NCBI GenBank assembly: GCA_036785375.1
Contig: JAWMAR010000097.1
Location: 4,464,001-4,528,000 of the forward strand
DNA length: 64,000 nt
From: Leucoraja ocellata
Taxonomy: Eukaryota
Direction of reading: 5' to 3'
Shown: positions 26,562 through 38,674 of the stretch, piece by piece
How positions within the stretch are numbered: position 1 is the first letter of the stretch
Layout: every line of letters begins with the position of its first letter
The notes under the pieces: model-generated
Told to the model about the DNA's origin: nothing
What the model saw: only the letters and a program-made list of their open reading frames with translations
Database searches by the model: none
Position numbers and translations under genes: made by a program

Positions 26562-26865
26562 GTCATAGAGTGATATAGTGTTGAAATAGGCACTTCGGCT
26601 CAACGTCCACATCGGCCAACAGTGTCCCAGCTACACTAGTCCCACTTGCTGGCGTTTGGTCCATATCACTCCAAACCTACCCTATCCATGTACCTGTCTA
26701 ACTGTCTCTTAAACAACGGGATAGTCCCAGCCTACGCTACCTCCTCTGGCAGCTTGTTCCATACACCCACCTTTTTAACTTTTTGTGTGAAAGTTACCTC
26801 TCGGATTCCTATTAAATCTTTCCCCCTTCACCTTGAACCGATGTCCTCTGGTCCTCGATTCCCCT
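26562..26865 (-). mobile_element. CR1 3' fragment, same subfamily as 18869-19228
   Basis: Near-identical sequence to 18869-19170. Confidence 0.85.
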
Positions 26866-26914
26866 GGTTCATGTGGTTGCTGAATTTAAACCATCAGAAT
26901 GTTGTTTGAAGAAG

Positions 26915-27212
26915 TTTTAGTTTTAGTGATACAGAGTGGAAGCAGGCCCTTCAGTCCACTGAATCCGAGCTGACCAGCGATCAACCGTACACTAGTTCTA
27001 TCCTACACACTAGGGGAAATTTACAGAAGCCAATTAACCTACAATCCTGCGTGTCTTTAGAATGTGAGAGGAAACCGGAACCCCCGGAGAAAACCCACAA
27101 GGTCACAGGGAGAACGTACAAACTCTGTACAGACAGCACCTGTAGTCAGGATTGAACCCGGGTCTCTGTTGCTGAAATGCAGCAACTCTACCACTGCACC
27201 ACTGTGTTGCCC
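26915..27212 (-). mobile_element. tRNA-derived V-SINE (HE1-like), full length
   Basis: Reverse complement: A box (gtggtgcagtggt), B box (ggttcaatcc), core gggttttctccgggggttccggtttcct, CR1-like tail. Confidence 0.85.
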
Positions 27213-28539
27213 CATAGAAGAGTCTATGACTGATTGTACAGCACTTGATCACAGAATTTGATACAGGACAGGTGCAGGGCATGTTTCCCTCGATATAACA
27301 CAGATCGGCAAGTTAATGAAGTGGCTATAGTATAGAAGTACACAGTTGTGTCCAGTCTAACAGTGTAACATTGAAGTGCACTACTATTGGGTACAGGTCT
27401 GGGTCTGCTCTACTATGGGGTACACTGGGGCATGGTGAAGATTCTCTCAAATCTGCGTCTCAAAGCCTAACGTGGGTTTGTCGGGTATTGTGTTTAGGAA
27501 GTCTGTTTCTGTATAACACTGGGCTACTATCAGGATGCAGTTCTCGTGTTATATGATAGAACTATCATATATAGATAGGTATATTAGGCCCTTAATAGCA
27601 GGTTGTATTTTTATTTCAGTCACTGCTGTTCAGCATTGCTGGGGGCAAGCATTACTCGGATGGGTCCAGTCCCAGTCCTACAGCTCAAAGAATACCCATT
27701 GCTCAGTTAATAGTACTTCAGTTGACGTGACTCTGCTTTGGAACAAGGGCTGGAATGTGCACTGTACTTAAATAGAACTTCCAAATTTAGTATCTCCATT
27801 TGAATCCGCTCCTTGTGCTGATGAAACAGCAGACTCCGTGTGGGGGGAAGACTTTTATAACCGAGGTCAGATAGCTGCTACTTAAGTCTCCAAAGCACAA
27901 TATCAGAGTGTAAATAAATGTCAGTGGGCCTTTTCACATCCAGTCTCCCACATGCCGGGAGTAACATTTTGTGTCTACGATGCTGGCCTCTCCTGACTTG
28001 TTCGCCAGTGGCTGTACCCTTTATCTTACTTATTCCTGGTTATCTATCATAGAGCTGTACATCATGGAAACAAGACCTTCAGCCCAACTTGTCCATGCTG
28101 TCCAAGTTGGCACATTGGGCTAGTCTCATTTGCCTGTATTTATCCCACGACCCTCTGAATCCTACATATCCATATCTGTCCAAATGTCTTCTGAAAGTTG
28201 TAATTGTATCCTCTTTTATAACTTTCTCTGTCAGCTATGGACTACATTCAGTGAAAAAATGCTCCTGACGTTCCTGTTAAATCTCTCGTTTCAAGCCAGT
28301 GCCATTTAGCATTTGTTAAAACAATGCAGATGGAGTATTATTTTGAACCCAAAGCCAAATCAGTCTTGTCCAGGGAATGTTTGATTGGACTGTATAGAGG
28401 GAGTTTTACTGATCCTGATCCAACTCTTGTGGGAAATGAGAGGCGTTACAGCTTTATTTGTTGTTTTTAAAATATGCTTCAGTCTGTTTGTGTCTTTGCT
28501 TGACCTTCTAAACACAAGCCATGTGCTCCCCTGTTTAAG

Positions 28540-28754
28540 GTGCAGTGGGTGGTGCCAAAGTAGCTGTGCCCGCAGGCCCGCCATCACTAGATAAATCCCA
28601 GCCTGGGAGCAGTCAACATGCTCTTCCTCCCAAGGAAGAGCCACGCTCGAACGAGAAAGAGAAGGTGTGCTCTGAGGAGGTCAGCCTCGAGTCGGTGGCA
28701 ATCAGGCCCATGCACGAGAACGTCCAGATTAAGCAGGACCCGCTGGTGACCTCG
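28540..28754 (+). CDS. USP19: USP19 exon (GAVGGAKVAVPAGPPSLDK...QDPLVTS)
   Basis: tttaag acceptor (alternative cag 6 nt downstream), TCG|gtaagt donor; 215 nt, phase 1-0; VGGAKVAVP motif. Confidence 0.92.
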
Positions 28755-29389
28755 GTAAGTCGTGCACCTGTGGTAAGCTTGTTTCTCTATCCCTTAGTTA
28801 TAAATGTTTAACGTCTCCTGGGACGTGAACTTCGCAGACAACGCCCGTGCTAATTGCCCACCGCCTGGTTGCTTTGCGGTGAGTTACTCTCGGCTTGAAC
28901 GGCGGACAGTGCAACCGAGTGATCCGGACGTGTTCCAACCCCAGCCCAACTGTTTCCATCCTGGAAAATGGTTACTTGGTTCAGGGATTACCAAGGAATA
29001 TCTGATCACGCTGTTAACAAAGCGACCTGTTTGAGGATCTATGCTATTTGGAGGATGCGAGTATGTTGATGCATGGTGATTGATCAGACTGGCTGAGGGT
29101 TGCGCAAGTATATATGGTCCCTTCCTGTGTGTAAGTGCTGTGTGTAGAGCCAGGAGACAGGGTTCTCATGCAGAGGAAGATGCTACTGACATTAGTTGAC
29201 CTGTAGATACTTTGTCCATCTCTTTTCTTTTTAAACAAGTGCACTACTTTAGCAACTGTCAAGTTCACCAGCACAATTTCAATAGCCAAAGAGGATTGGG
29301 AAATAATATTTGGAGCCTACATTATAGCTTACCATATTTCAAGAGACGGAGATACATTGTATGAATGCCTGTAGATTTATCTACTTTTA

Positions 29390-29690
29390 AGTTTAGTTTG
29401 GAGATGATGTGGCAGTAGGCCCTTTGGCCCAGCGATTCTGTGCTGACCAGCGATCTCTGCACACTAACTCTATCTCACAGCAGGGACAATTTACATTTTT
29501 AACAAAGTCAAGTAACCTCCAAACCTGCACGTCTTTGCAGTGTGGGAGGAAACTGGAGCAATCGGAGCAAACCCATGCAGGTCACGGAGAGAATGTGCAA
29601 ACTGTGCAGACAGCACCCGTAGTCAGAATTGAACCCAGGTCTCTGGCGCTGTAAGGCAGCAATTCTACCACTGCACCACTGAGCCGTGCT
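29390..29690 (-). mobile_element. tRNA-derived V-SINE
   Basis: Homologous to 26915-27212. Confidence 0.85.
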
Positions 29691-30644
29691 AGATGCTAAA
29701 CCCTTGCTATGTCCTTTTCCTCTTTCTATTTCTAGTGCAGCATATTGTTTCTCCATGATACTGGTTCACTCTCTCTCCAGAGGCTCTCTCCATGCGGCTT
29801 CCTCTTTATTCTTGTGAAAAATACCTATTGTTTTGTTTTCATTTTGCCTGCCAGTGTTTTATTCATTAACTTTTTTTGTATACTAATTTCCATTTATATT
29901 CCTCCTCTGGAGTTTCTATTGTATTTGGGCTTTCTGTGATGTTGACCCGCTATTTGTCAGAACCTTTTTTGTTGCCCTACGCAGTGTAATATTTTACAAC
30001 GATGTCCAGGTCTCATAAAGTGAACTACAAAGAATGCTAACCATCATGCACGCCCTCTTCAGCCAGTATTAAACTTTATTCCATTTTCTGCCTTGGTGCT
30101 AGTTCAAGTTGCTCTCTGTACAACCACACTATATGAGCAACATCCTTTCAGTTATCTATCTCTGTAAGGAATGTCCAAATCCACCAAGTAATGACATAGC
30201 TTCTGTTGACAGTAATGATTCCTGTATTCATGGCCAATTATAGTTAACAGCCACTCGTGTAGTTGCTACTGGTATGTAGTTGCTTATTATTGAATAGCAC
30301 AAAAGAAACTGCATGTTAGAATTCACTACTAATTGAAATTGACTTAAACACTAAATGTAAACATAAATTTTACAACAGCACAATTCTGTTAATAACTCCC
30401 ATGCATACCAAATTCCAGATTGTACTGTGTAAAAAAATATTGACAATTGGGAGGGAGGGGAACAATTTTATGAGTAAAAATGATCCAATAAAGACAAGAG
30501 GGTCACTAATAAATGGGGCTCTGTGTGAATTTAAGCATGAGTGCAGAGCCAATGTGGAACTGTAGTGTGCAGTTGACAGGAATAACACATTTACGGATAA
30601 GCTAGATAAATGGATTACAAGGGAAAAGGTAGATCTATATCATA

Positions 30645-30855
30645 GACACAAGGAACTGCAGGTGCTGATTTACATAAAAAGACACAAAGTGCTGGAGTAA
30701 CAGCAGGCCAGGCGGCATCTCTAGAGAACATGGATAGACAACGTTTCCGGTCGTGACCCTCAGAAGAAAGGTCCCTACCCAAAATGTCCCTATCCAAGTT
30801 CTCTAGCGATGCTGCCTGACCTACTGAGTTACTCCAGCATTTGGTGTATTTTTAG
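30645..30855. repeat. Palindromic head-to-head pair of Penelope-derived short repeats
   Basis: gctggagtaac..gcatctctagagaacatggatag on the left mirrors ctatccaagttctctagcgatgctgc..gttactccagc on the right. Confidence 0.8.
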
Positions 30856-30983
30856 AGAGAGATATATATATATCTTGGTAGGATGGAATGAAATTCACAT
30901 GAAGGAACATAAATGCTAGTATGGACCATGTGGGTTGAGTGGCCTGCTTCTGCCACACAAGAATGTTTGGAGGTGCACCTTGA

Positions 30984-31241
<258 letters not shown>

Positions 31242-32147
31242 TGAGAAACCTCAGCAGTCAAATTGCTGCTGAGGATGGCACTCTCTCCAAACCAGAACCT
31301 TGAACCCGAACCCGAGCAAGAGAGAGCCATCCTGGTGCTACAAGGAGGGTGAATGGTGATCAGCAGTGTCGCAGTGGACCAAACTATCAGATGCTAACTC
31401 ATCAAACATTAATCCAAGCCTGTGCACATAGATCTAAATATCTCACAGCTACTAACTAATACGAGGGCTGTGGAGTTATCCCTGAACCAACATCAACCAG
31501 GTTATGTGATCATTGTATTATTAGTTTGTGGGCGACTCCTGAATGCAATGACCTTCCAAGTTGCTGTGCCTTTTATTCCGGGGACATCGGGGTTGAAGGC
31601 GTGACCTTATTGCCGTTCATGAAATCATGAGGGGCAAAGACCAAGTGAATGGCCACTGTCTTTTCCTCGGGGTGGGAAGTGTAAAATTTGAGAGCATGGG
31701 TTGAAGGTGAGAGGGGAACGTTGTGCAAGGGACCCAGGGGGTGGTGTTTTTCCCCTCACAAGGTGATGCATGTATGGAACAAGCTGCCAGAGGAAGTAGT
31801 AGAAGCAGGTACAATAGAAGTAATAGAAGCAGGCGTTTAGAAAATGATGTACATGGATGGATAAGGAATGTTTGAAGGGCCAGGCACAGGCAAGCGGGAC
31901 TGGGTTAGGCAAATTGGGCCAGAGGGACTGTTTCCATGCTGGATTGCTCTTTGACTCTCTGATTGCTGTTAGTAGTGACCATGCTTCAGAACTTTATAGC
32001 ATACAGAGTGCTTTGTATGTTCAGAGATATGATGGGCACTATATAAATGCTAAAATTCTTCTCTCAATCAACCCGAGCACAATATTTAACTGGACAATTA
32101 TCGATGCCATTTAGGGGAAATTGATGTCTGGATAGCGCCTGCTTTTA

Positions 32148-32312
32148 GACAATAGGTGCAGGAGTAGGCCATTCGGCCCTTCGAGCCAGCACCTTCATTC
32201 AATGTGATCATGGCTGATCGTCCACAATCAGTACTCCGTTCCTGCCTTCTCCCCATATCCCCTGAATCTGCTATCTTTAAGAGCCCTATCTAGCTCTCTC
32301 TTGAAAGTATCC
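32148..32312 (-). mobile_element. CR1 3' tail
   Basis: gacaataggtgcaggagtaggccattcggcccttcgag motif. Confidence 0.8.
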
Positions 32313-32490
32313 TACAATTGGATACTTTAATATTGAAAGTAACCGAAAGTAATCTACAATTGGCTCATTGGGAAATACTTTGCCAGGTTTTTGCAAATTG
32401 TCGAGTTTAAGTTTTGATTTATTTAATGCCAGCGTTTGAAGAAAAAATTAAGATAGAGTTGTGACTGGTTGTGCTTCTGTGTTTGACCAG

Positions 32491-32624
32491 ATCAATCCTT
32501 TGAGTCGGAAATAAATTACAACAACCCTCTGGGGACGGGCGGGCGCCTGGCCATTGGTTTTGCAGTGCTGCTGAGGGCTCTGTGGAAAGGAACGCACCAT
32601 GCCTACCAACCGTCTAAGTTAAAG
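32491..32624 (+). CDS. USP19: USP19 exon (DQSFESEINYNNPLGTGGRLAIGFAVLLRALWKGTHHAYQPSKLK)
   Basis: accag acceptor, AAG|gtgagt donor; 134 nt, phase 1-0; USP NPLG.GG motif. Confidence 0.97.
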
Positions 32625-32927
32625 GTGAGTGATCCCTCCTTGGCAGAACCGCGCACCCTGGTGTCAGCACAACCTGTTAAGCTGAGCATCGTTGGAGCCT
32701 TATGGGAACAGGAGGAAGAGAATGAGGCGGTTTAGTCCCTTGGGCACGGTCGGCTGAAGAAGGAATTAGATATTTAAAGTGGGAGGATTAAATATGTGTG
32801 GAGCTTGCTTAACGGAAAAAAATGTGTGGGCAGGCACCATTCTGCTAAAGAATAATAATTACAGGTTATACAGTGAGTGGGAATTTGCTTTGCGAGAAAT
32901 TTGAGTGGGGCAGAGATTACATTACAC

Positions 32928-34270
32928 GTACCTGTTCCAGGCCCTATCCCTGAACTCTACCTCCATTACATTGATGACTGCATCGGTGCTACCTCCTGCA
33001 CCCTTGCAGAACTCATGGACTTCATCAGCTTTACCACCAATTTTCATCCTGCACACAAATTTACTTGTACCCTCTGCGACACCTCCCTCGCCTTTCTCGA
33101 TCTCACAGTCTCCATCACAGGAAATAGACTATTGACTGACGTCTATTACAAACCCACTGACTCTCACAACTAGTTCGACTACACTTCTTCCCACCCTGCT
33201 TCCTGCAAAGACTCCATCCCCTACTACCAATTCCTCTGTCTACGCCGCATCTAAGCCCAAGTTGAGGTGTTCCATACTAGAACATCCAAGATGTCCTCAT
33301 TCTTTAGGGAACAGGAGTTCCCCTCTCCCATCAACGATGAGGCCCTCACTCGTATCTCCTCGGTACCCCGCAGCTCTGCCCTTGCTCTCCCTCCCCCTAT
33401 TCGGAACACAGCCATAGTCCCCCTAGTCCTTATCTTCCACCCCATCAGCCATCGCATACAACACATAACCCTCCAAAATTTCCGCCACCTCCAACGGATC
33501 CCACCACTAGCCACATTTTCCGATCTCCACCCCTTTCCGCCTTCCGCAGAGACCGTTCCCTCCGCAACTGCCTGGTTAACCCATCCCTTCCCAAACCACC
33601 CCCTCCTCAGATACCTTCCCCTGCAACTGCAGAAGATGCAACACCTGTCGTTATTTCTCCTCCCTCGACTTGCACCCCCTCCAACCTCATCTACTGTATC
33701 CGTTGTTCAAGATGTGGACTCTTCTACATCGGCGAGACCAAACGCAGACTGGGCGATCGTTACGCGGCACTTCGTCGCTCGGCCCACGTGAACCAACCTG
33801 ATCTCCTGGTTGCGGACACTTTAATTCTCCTTCCCATTCATACACAGACCTTTCTGTCCTCAGTCTGTCAGATTAAAGCTAAACGTAAATTGGAGGAACA
33901 GCATCTCATATTTTGCTTGGGCAGCTTACAGCCCAGTGGTATGAATATTGATTTCTCTCACTTCAGGTAGCCCCGGCATTCCTTCTCTCTCTATCCCTCC
34001 CCTAGCTTCACATTTTCACCCAACAAGCAGCTTACAATGGCCTGGTTCCGTTATCATCGTTACTTTTTTGCATATCTTTCATTCATTGTTCTTTATCTCT
34101 CCACATCACAGTCTATCTCTCGTTTCCCTTATCCCTAACCAGGCTGAAGAAGGGTCTCGACCCGAAACATCACCCATTCCTTCTCTCCAGAGATGCTGCC
34201 TGTCCCGATGAGTTACTCCAGCTTTTTGCGTCTACAGTTTAACCAAGCATCTGCAGTTCTTTCTTACACA
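32928..34270 (+). mobile_element. Penelope-like element, 5'-truncated: RT (YIDDC), GIY-YIG endonuclease and 3' repeat with hammerhead-like core
   Basis: YIDDC..FLDL..YYKPTD RT motifs; IYCIRCSRCGLFYIGETKRRLGDR at ~33689; tail ctgaagaagggtctcgacccgaaac. Confidence 0.92.
34141..34176 (+). ncRNA. Minimal type I hammerhead-ribozyme-like motif in the Penelope 3' repeat
   Basis: CTGAAGA-A-GGGT(ctcg)ACCC-GAAA-C-ATC; other copies retain GAAACGT; stems I and III are very short. Confidence 0.55.
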
Positions 34271-35384
34271 AATACATTGAAGGACCAAGTTCTTTTGCCC
34301 ACAATGTCTGTGCCAAACAATTGTGTCAAATTGATCTAATCCCTTCTACCTGCATGTGATCCATATCCTTCCATTTCCTGCATTTCCATGTGCCTATTCA
34401 AAAGCAGCTTAAATGCCCCACCACCCCTGGCAGCGGGTTCCAAGCAGCCACCTGGGCAAATGATTCTAGTAGTCTACCCGTATCCATATTTCCCCTGTTA
34501 AACAGTTGACTTGTGTTGAGGAGATGCTTGGGTGTGTGCGGGGCGGTCATTGAAGAATTTTCCAAAAACACTTGCCCCAGACTGTGTGTAGTTTGGTTTT
34601 TTGATTGTACGTGAAACGTGACTGATTGGAAGGTTGATTGGCATTATCCTGTTTCAGTCTAAAAGGTTCAAACGGGTAAATGGTTCTCGCCTGTTTTATT
34701 AGAAATGGCAGTGCAAGATTCAGTGTTGATCTACATCAGTAGGATGATGAGTGTTTCTGTGCCTCATTCCCAAATAAAATCTGAAAATCTATTCATTGTG
34801 GGGATTGTTGCTTCCCCTGGTCAAAAAGCCTGCAAACTAGGTCAGTCTCTAAATCAGGCATTCAGGACAGAAGGAAAGTAACGCCTTCACACACAGGTGG
34901 TGAGTCTATTGGAATTCACTACCTGCAAGGATTGTGGAGTCTCGGTTACTGAGTATATTCAAGGCAGTTATCAATAAATTGTCATCAATAGAGATAACAG
35001 GTTTGTGCAAGAAAATAGCACTGAGGTTAGAGTTTGTTCATGGTCTTATTGAAAGGAAGACCAAGCACAAGAGGGCGAATGATTCTGCTGCTTGTTTTCC
35101 ACTTACAAATGGTAAATTATATAGAAGAAGTAGTGGACGAACGTGGCAAAATGAACGGGAGAGCTCTGTCAGTGGACTTTCTCATCTGCAGTGATCGCTA
35201 CTGGGAATAAACTCCGCTGCAATACAATAATTGTGAAAGCTTTGTAGTTTTAGTAGGGAGTGGAATATCGAATTTTTCTGAATGGTCTTTCTGCTTATAA
35301 TTCCATAATCATGAAAATCTGCCTGTGTCCAATAAGTAATTGAGAGAATTATTACTGAGCAGAAACTTTTTCAATGTGTAGTAA

Positions 35385-35945
35385 GGAGATCTTTCTGCAG
35401 TTGCACAGGGCCCTGGTGAGACCGCACCTAGAGTATTGTGTGCAATTTTGGTCTCCTAATTTGAGGAAGACATTATTGAGGGAGTGCAGCGAAGGTTCAC
35501 CAGGTTAATTCCTGGGATGGCGGGACTGACATTTGTGTTCACTGGAATTTAGAAGGATGAGAAGGGATCTTCTAGAAACATATAAAATGTGGACCGGCTA
35601 GATGCAGGAAAAATGTTCCCAATGTTGGGGAAGTCCAGAACCAGGGGTCACAGTTTAAGAATAAGGGTTAGGCCATTCAGGACTTGGATAAGGAAAAAAC
35701 TTTTCACCCAGAGAGTTATGAATCTGTGGAATTCTCTGCCACAGAAGGTAGTGAAGGCCAATTCACTGGATGTTTTCAATAGAGAGTTAGATTTAGCTCT
35801 CAGGGCTAAGGGAATCAAGGGATAAGGGGGAAAAGTAGGAATGGGGTACTGATTGTGGATGATCAGCCATGATCATATTGATTGACAGTGCTGGCTCAAA
35901 GGGCCCAATGGCCTACTCCTGCAACTATTTTTCTATGTTTCTATG
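35385..35945 (+). mobile_element. CR1 3' fragment
   Basis: [13 protein letters not shown] and RTRGHSL..NLWNSLP peptides, (tttctatg) tail. Confidence 0.9.
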
Positions 35946-36849
35946 AGCCAATAATATCGGCGACAGCCATTCAAACATAGTTTTCAGGAACAGAGGCCTC
36001 CAAAGAATCTGAGCCTTTAAGTGTGAACTTTTCTCCAAGTGGGTAACTCCTCAAGACCATGCCCCTAATTCCGAGATTCTGGCCTGAGGGAGCAGCCTCA
36101 AATCTATCCTGGCCGTTTTACTCGGCATCCTCAATGTCCTTTCTCATTCCTATTAATTCAAGACAGTGTAGACCATTTGCTTTTGCTCTCTCGTGAGACA
36201 AACATCCAAGGGAGCAATCTAATGAACCTATGCTGCTCTAGCTGCAGGGACTGTGTGACCTCCTTTTAGCTGCATTATTCCTTGGTCGATATGGCATACT
36301 TTGAACTGATGTAGATTATGAATATCTGGAGGTATTGTGCAGCCATGATTATCTCCCCAGGTCCCTGCTCTGCAAATGACAACAGATGCCATCTTCCGAA
36401 TAGCCTCTTTCCCTCCTCTGGCATTGTGCCGTTAAACTGCCAAAACACATTTCTCAAAAATCAGCTTTACAGAGCTGTGCCTGACGGCTTGTTAAACGGC
36501 AGCGGTGATGGAGCAGTGAGTTAGTGCTGCACTAGGGTTGCTTTTATCAGTAAGGTATGCAGTGCGGAGAAAGATTACCAGTTTGATTCCTAGGATAAAG
36601 AGATTTTTGTAGTAAGAAAGATTGGGCCAACACCTATTGGGGTTTAGAAGTGTGAGAGGCTGTGTTGAATGACACAGACTGTCCAACTGTTGCGACTGTT
36701 TCTCGGATATTAGAGCAATGACATTCTTGCTGCAGCTCAACAGGCCTATAAAGACAGTAATGCACAAAATAAAAATACAATCAGTTAATAAGTAATACTA
36801 GGTAACCATATGGTGCAAAACCAAGGTCCGTAGTGTAACGAAAGAAACA

Positions 36850-37470
36850 GTCCATAGAAGATCATAGTTGCTGAGGTTAGTGTTGTGCAGTGTTCAAGAG
36901 CCTGATGGTTGCTGGGAAGAAGCTGTTCTTGAACCTGGAGGTCACGGTTTTCAGGCTCCTGTACCTCTTTCTTCTGTTATTAGCAGTGAGATGAAAGCGA
37001 GGCCAGGATGGTGTGGGTCTTTCATATTAGCTGCCTTCTTGAGGCCGCACCTCCCGTAGATCCCTTGGATGGTGGCAGGGGCGGAAAACCCGGGGGGGGG
37101 GGGGGGGCAGGCAGAGGGGACACGTCCCCCCCATGTTTTGAGAGGTGGGGGACATCCACATCCCCCCCCCCAAGTTTTTGTGATCCCGATGTTAAAATCG
37201 CCTCTTTTAGCGCTGGATTGAGCCTCCGAAGCCTCGGGCGTATGTGTGAGTGTGCGCATGCACGCGTGGCCGCCAAAAAATTGTGTCCCCCGTCCCCTCC
37301 ATGTTTTGATAGTGAGTTCCGTTCTTGGATGGTGGGAAGGTCAGTCCCTGTGATGAACCGGGCAGTGTCCACCACTCTCTTTGTTCCTGGATGTTCGAGT
37401 TGCTGAAACAGGCCACGATGCAACCAGCCAATAAGCACTCTACTGTACACTTGCAAAAGTATGATAGAAA
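36850..37470 (-). mobile_element. Rex/Babar-like LINE 3' remnant, interrupted by a MITE
   Basis: KKAANMKDPHHPG peptide and gggaagaagctgttcttgaacctgg motif. Confidence 0.7.
37076..37327. mobile_element. hAT-type MITE, 252 bp
   Basis: TSD gatggtgg at 37068-75 and 37328-35; imperfect TIRs caggggcggaa / ttccgttcttg; subterminal gtcccc..catgttttga repeated; host LINE rejoins cleanly on removal. Confidence 0.75.
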
Positions 37471-37821
37471 ATTTGGCAATATGTGCCAAATAAATGTCAA
37501 AGTATGTGTTAAAATTAACAGGATGTAATGCAGGCTTGGAAAAGGTGTTGCTGGGCAGTTTCCACTGCTCGACCAGCAAATGTCACTGCACAGACACTCC
37601 CAGTGAGAACTGCTGTAAAAAGCTCAGCAGTCCAGGCAGTGTCTGTGCAGAAGCAATGTGTCATCTTGATTCTCATGGGCCATTTTTGGCACCTACTGAC
37701 ACTAGACCAGGGCAAAGGCCACCCAAGAGTAGAGCAGGAATATCCAATGCCTAAATCTGTGTGACGCAAATAACTCTGCCATTTGTTGTTTTGGCTACTT
37801 GTCGTCAATCTTTCCTTCCAG

Positions 37822-37980
37822 GCTATTGTGGCAAGCAAAGCCAGCCAGTTCACCGGCTACGCACAGCACGACGCGCAGGAGTTTATGGCGTTTCTGCTTG
37901 ATGGCCTCCATGAGGACCTAAATAGGATACAGAATAAACCGTACACTGAGACCGTGGATTCCGACGGGCGCCCCGACGAG
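37822..37980 (+). CDS. USP19: USP19 exon ([53 protein letters not shown])
   Basis: ttccag acceptor, GAG|gtaagc donor; 159 nt, phase 0-0. Confidence 0.98.
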
Positions 37981-38554
37981 GTAAGCTTGTTACCCCAGAC
38001 CTGACACTGTTGCCGGGGACTTTCACTGCATCTGTTCCCAACGTTACATGTTGGCCTTTGCGTACATCCCCATGAACAGTGCCTTCTGTGTATTAGTGCC
38101 TTGTCCATTCGTTAAATGCTTTGTTGTTCCTTGTTCAGTTCAGTACTGGTCAAGTTGCGGTGGAATTTTGGCCACCCTTTTAACAAAGTGAGCGTTCAGT
38201 TAACCATAGAGACAGAGAGTCCTAGAGCTATGCGGCATGGGAACAGACCCTTTGGTCCACACTGTCCATGCCAAACAAGTTGGCATATTGGGCTGGCCCT
38301 ATTTGCCTGCGTTTGGCCCGTAGCCCTTGTTATTTGGCAAGGCCTTTCACTTTCTATTAGGAAGAAACTGTCCCTCAGCAGTTTATTTTGTACTGCTCAT
38401 GCTTTCCCTGTACTGCTTGTCATACAAATAACCTTAGAGAGAAGATTAAGTACCAATGATCTCATATTGCTATTGATTACTCTGGTTGAAATAAGGAATT
38501 CTATAGCTTCTTTAATCTGCAGTGTTTCCTGTTCCTTCTATATGTGGAACGTAG

Positions 38555-38674
<120 letters not shown>

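Noticed and set aside
26915-27212. tRNA gene
   Set aside because: A and B boxes belong to a SINE head followed by the V-core and a LINE-like tail; no complete cloverleaf
34744-34784. C/D box snoRNA (ATGATGA...CTGA)
   Set aside because: Only ~40 nt between the boxes, no convincing terminal stem, and not kept in the duplicated copy
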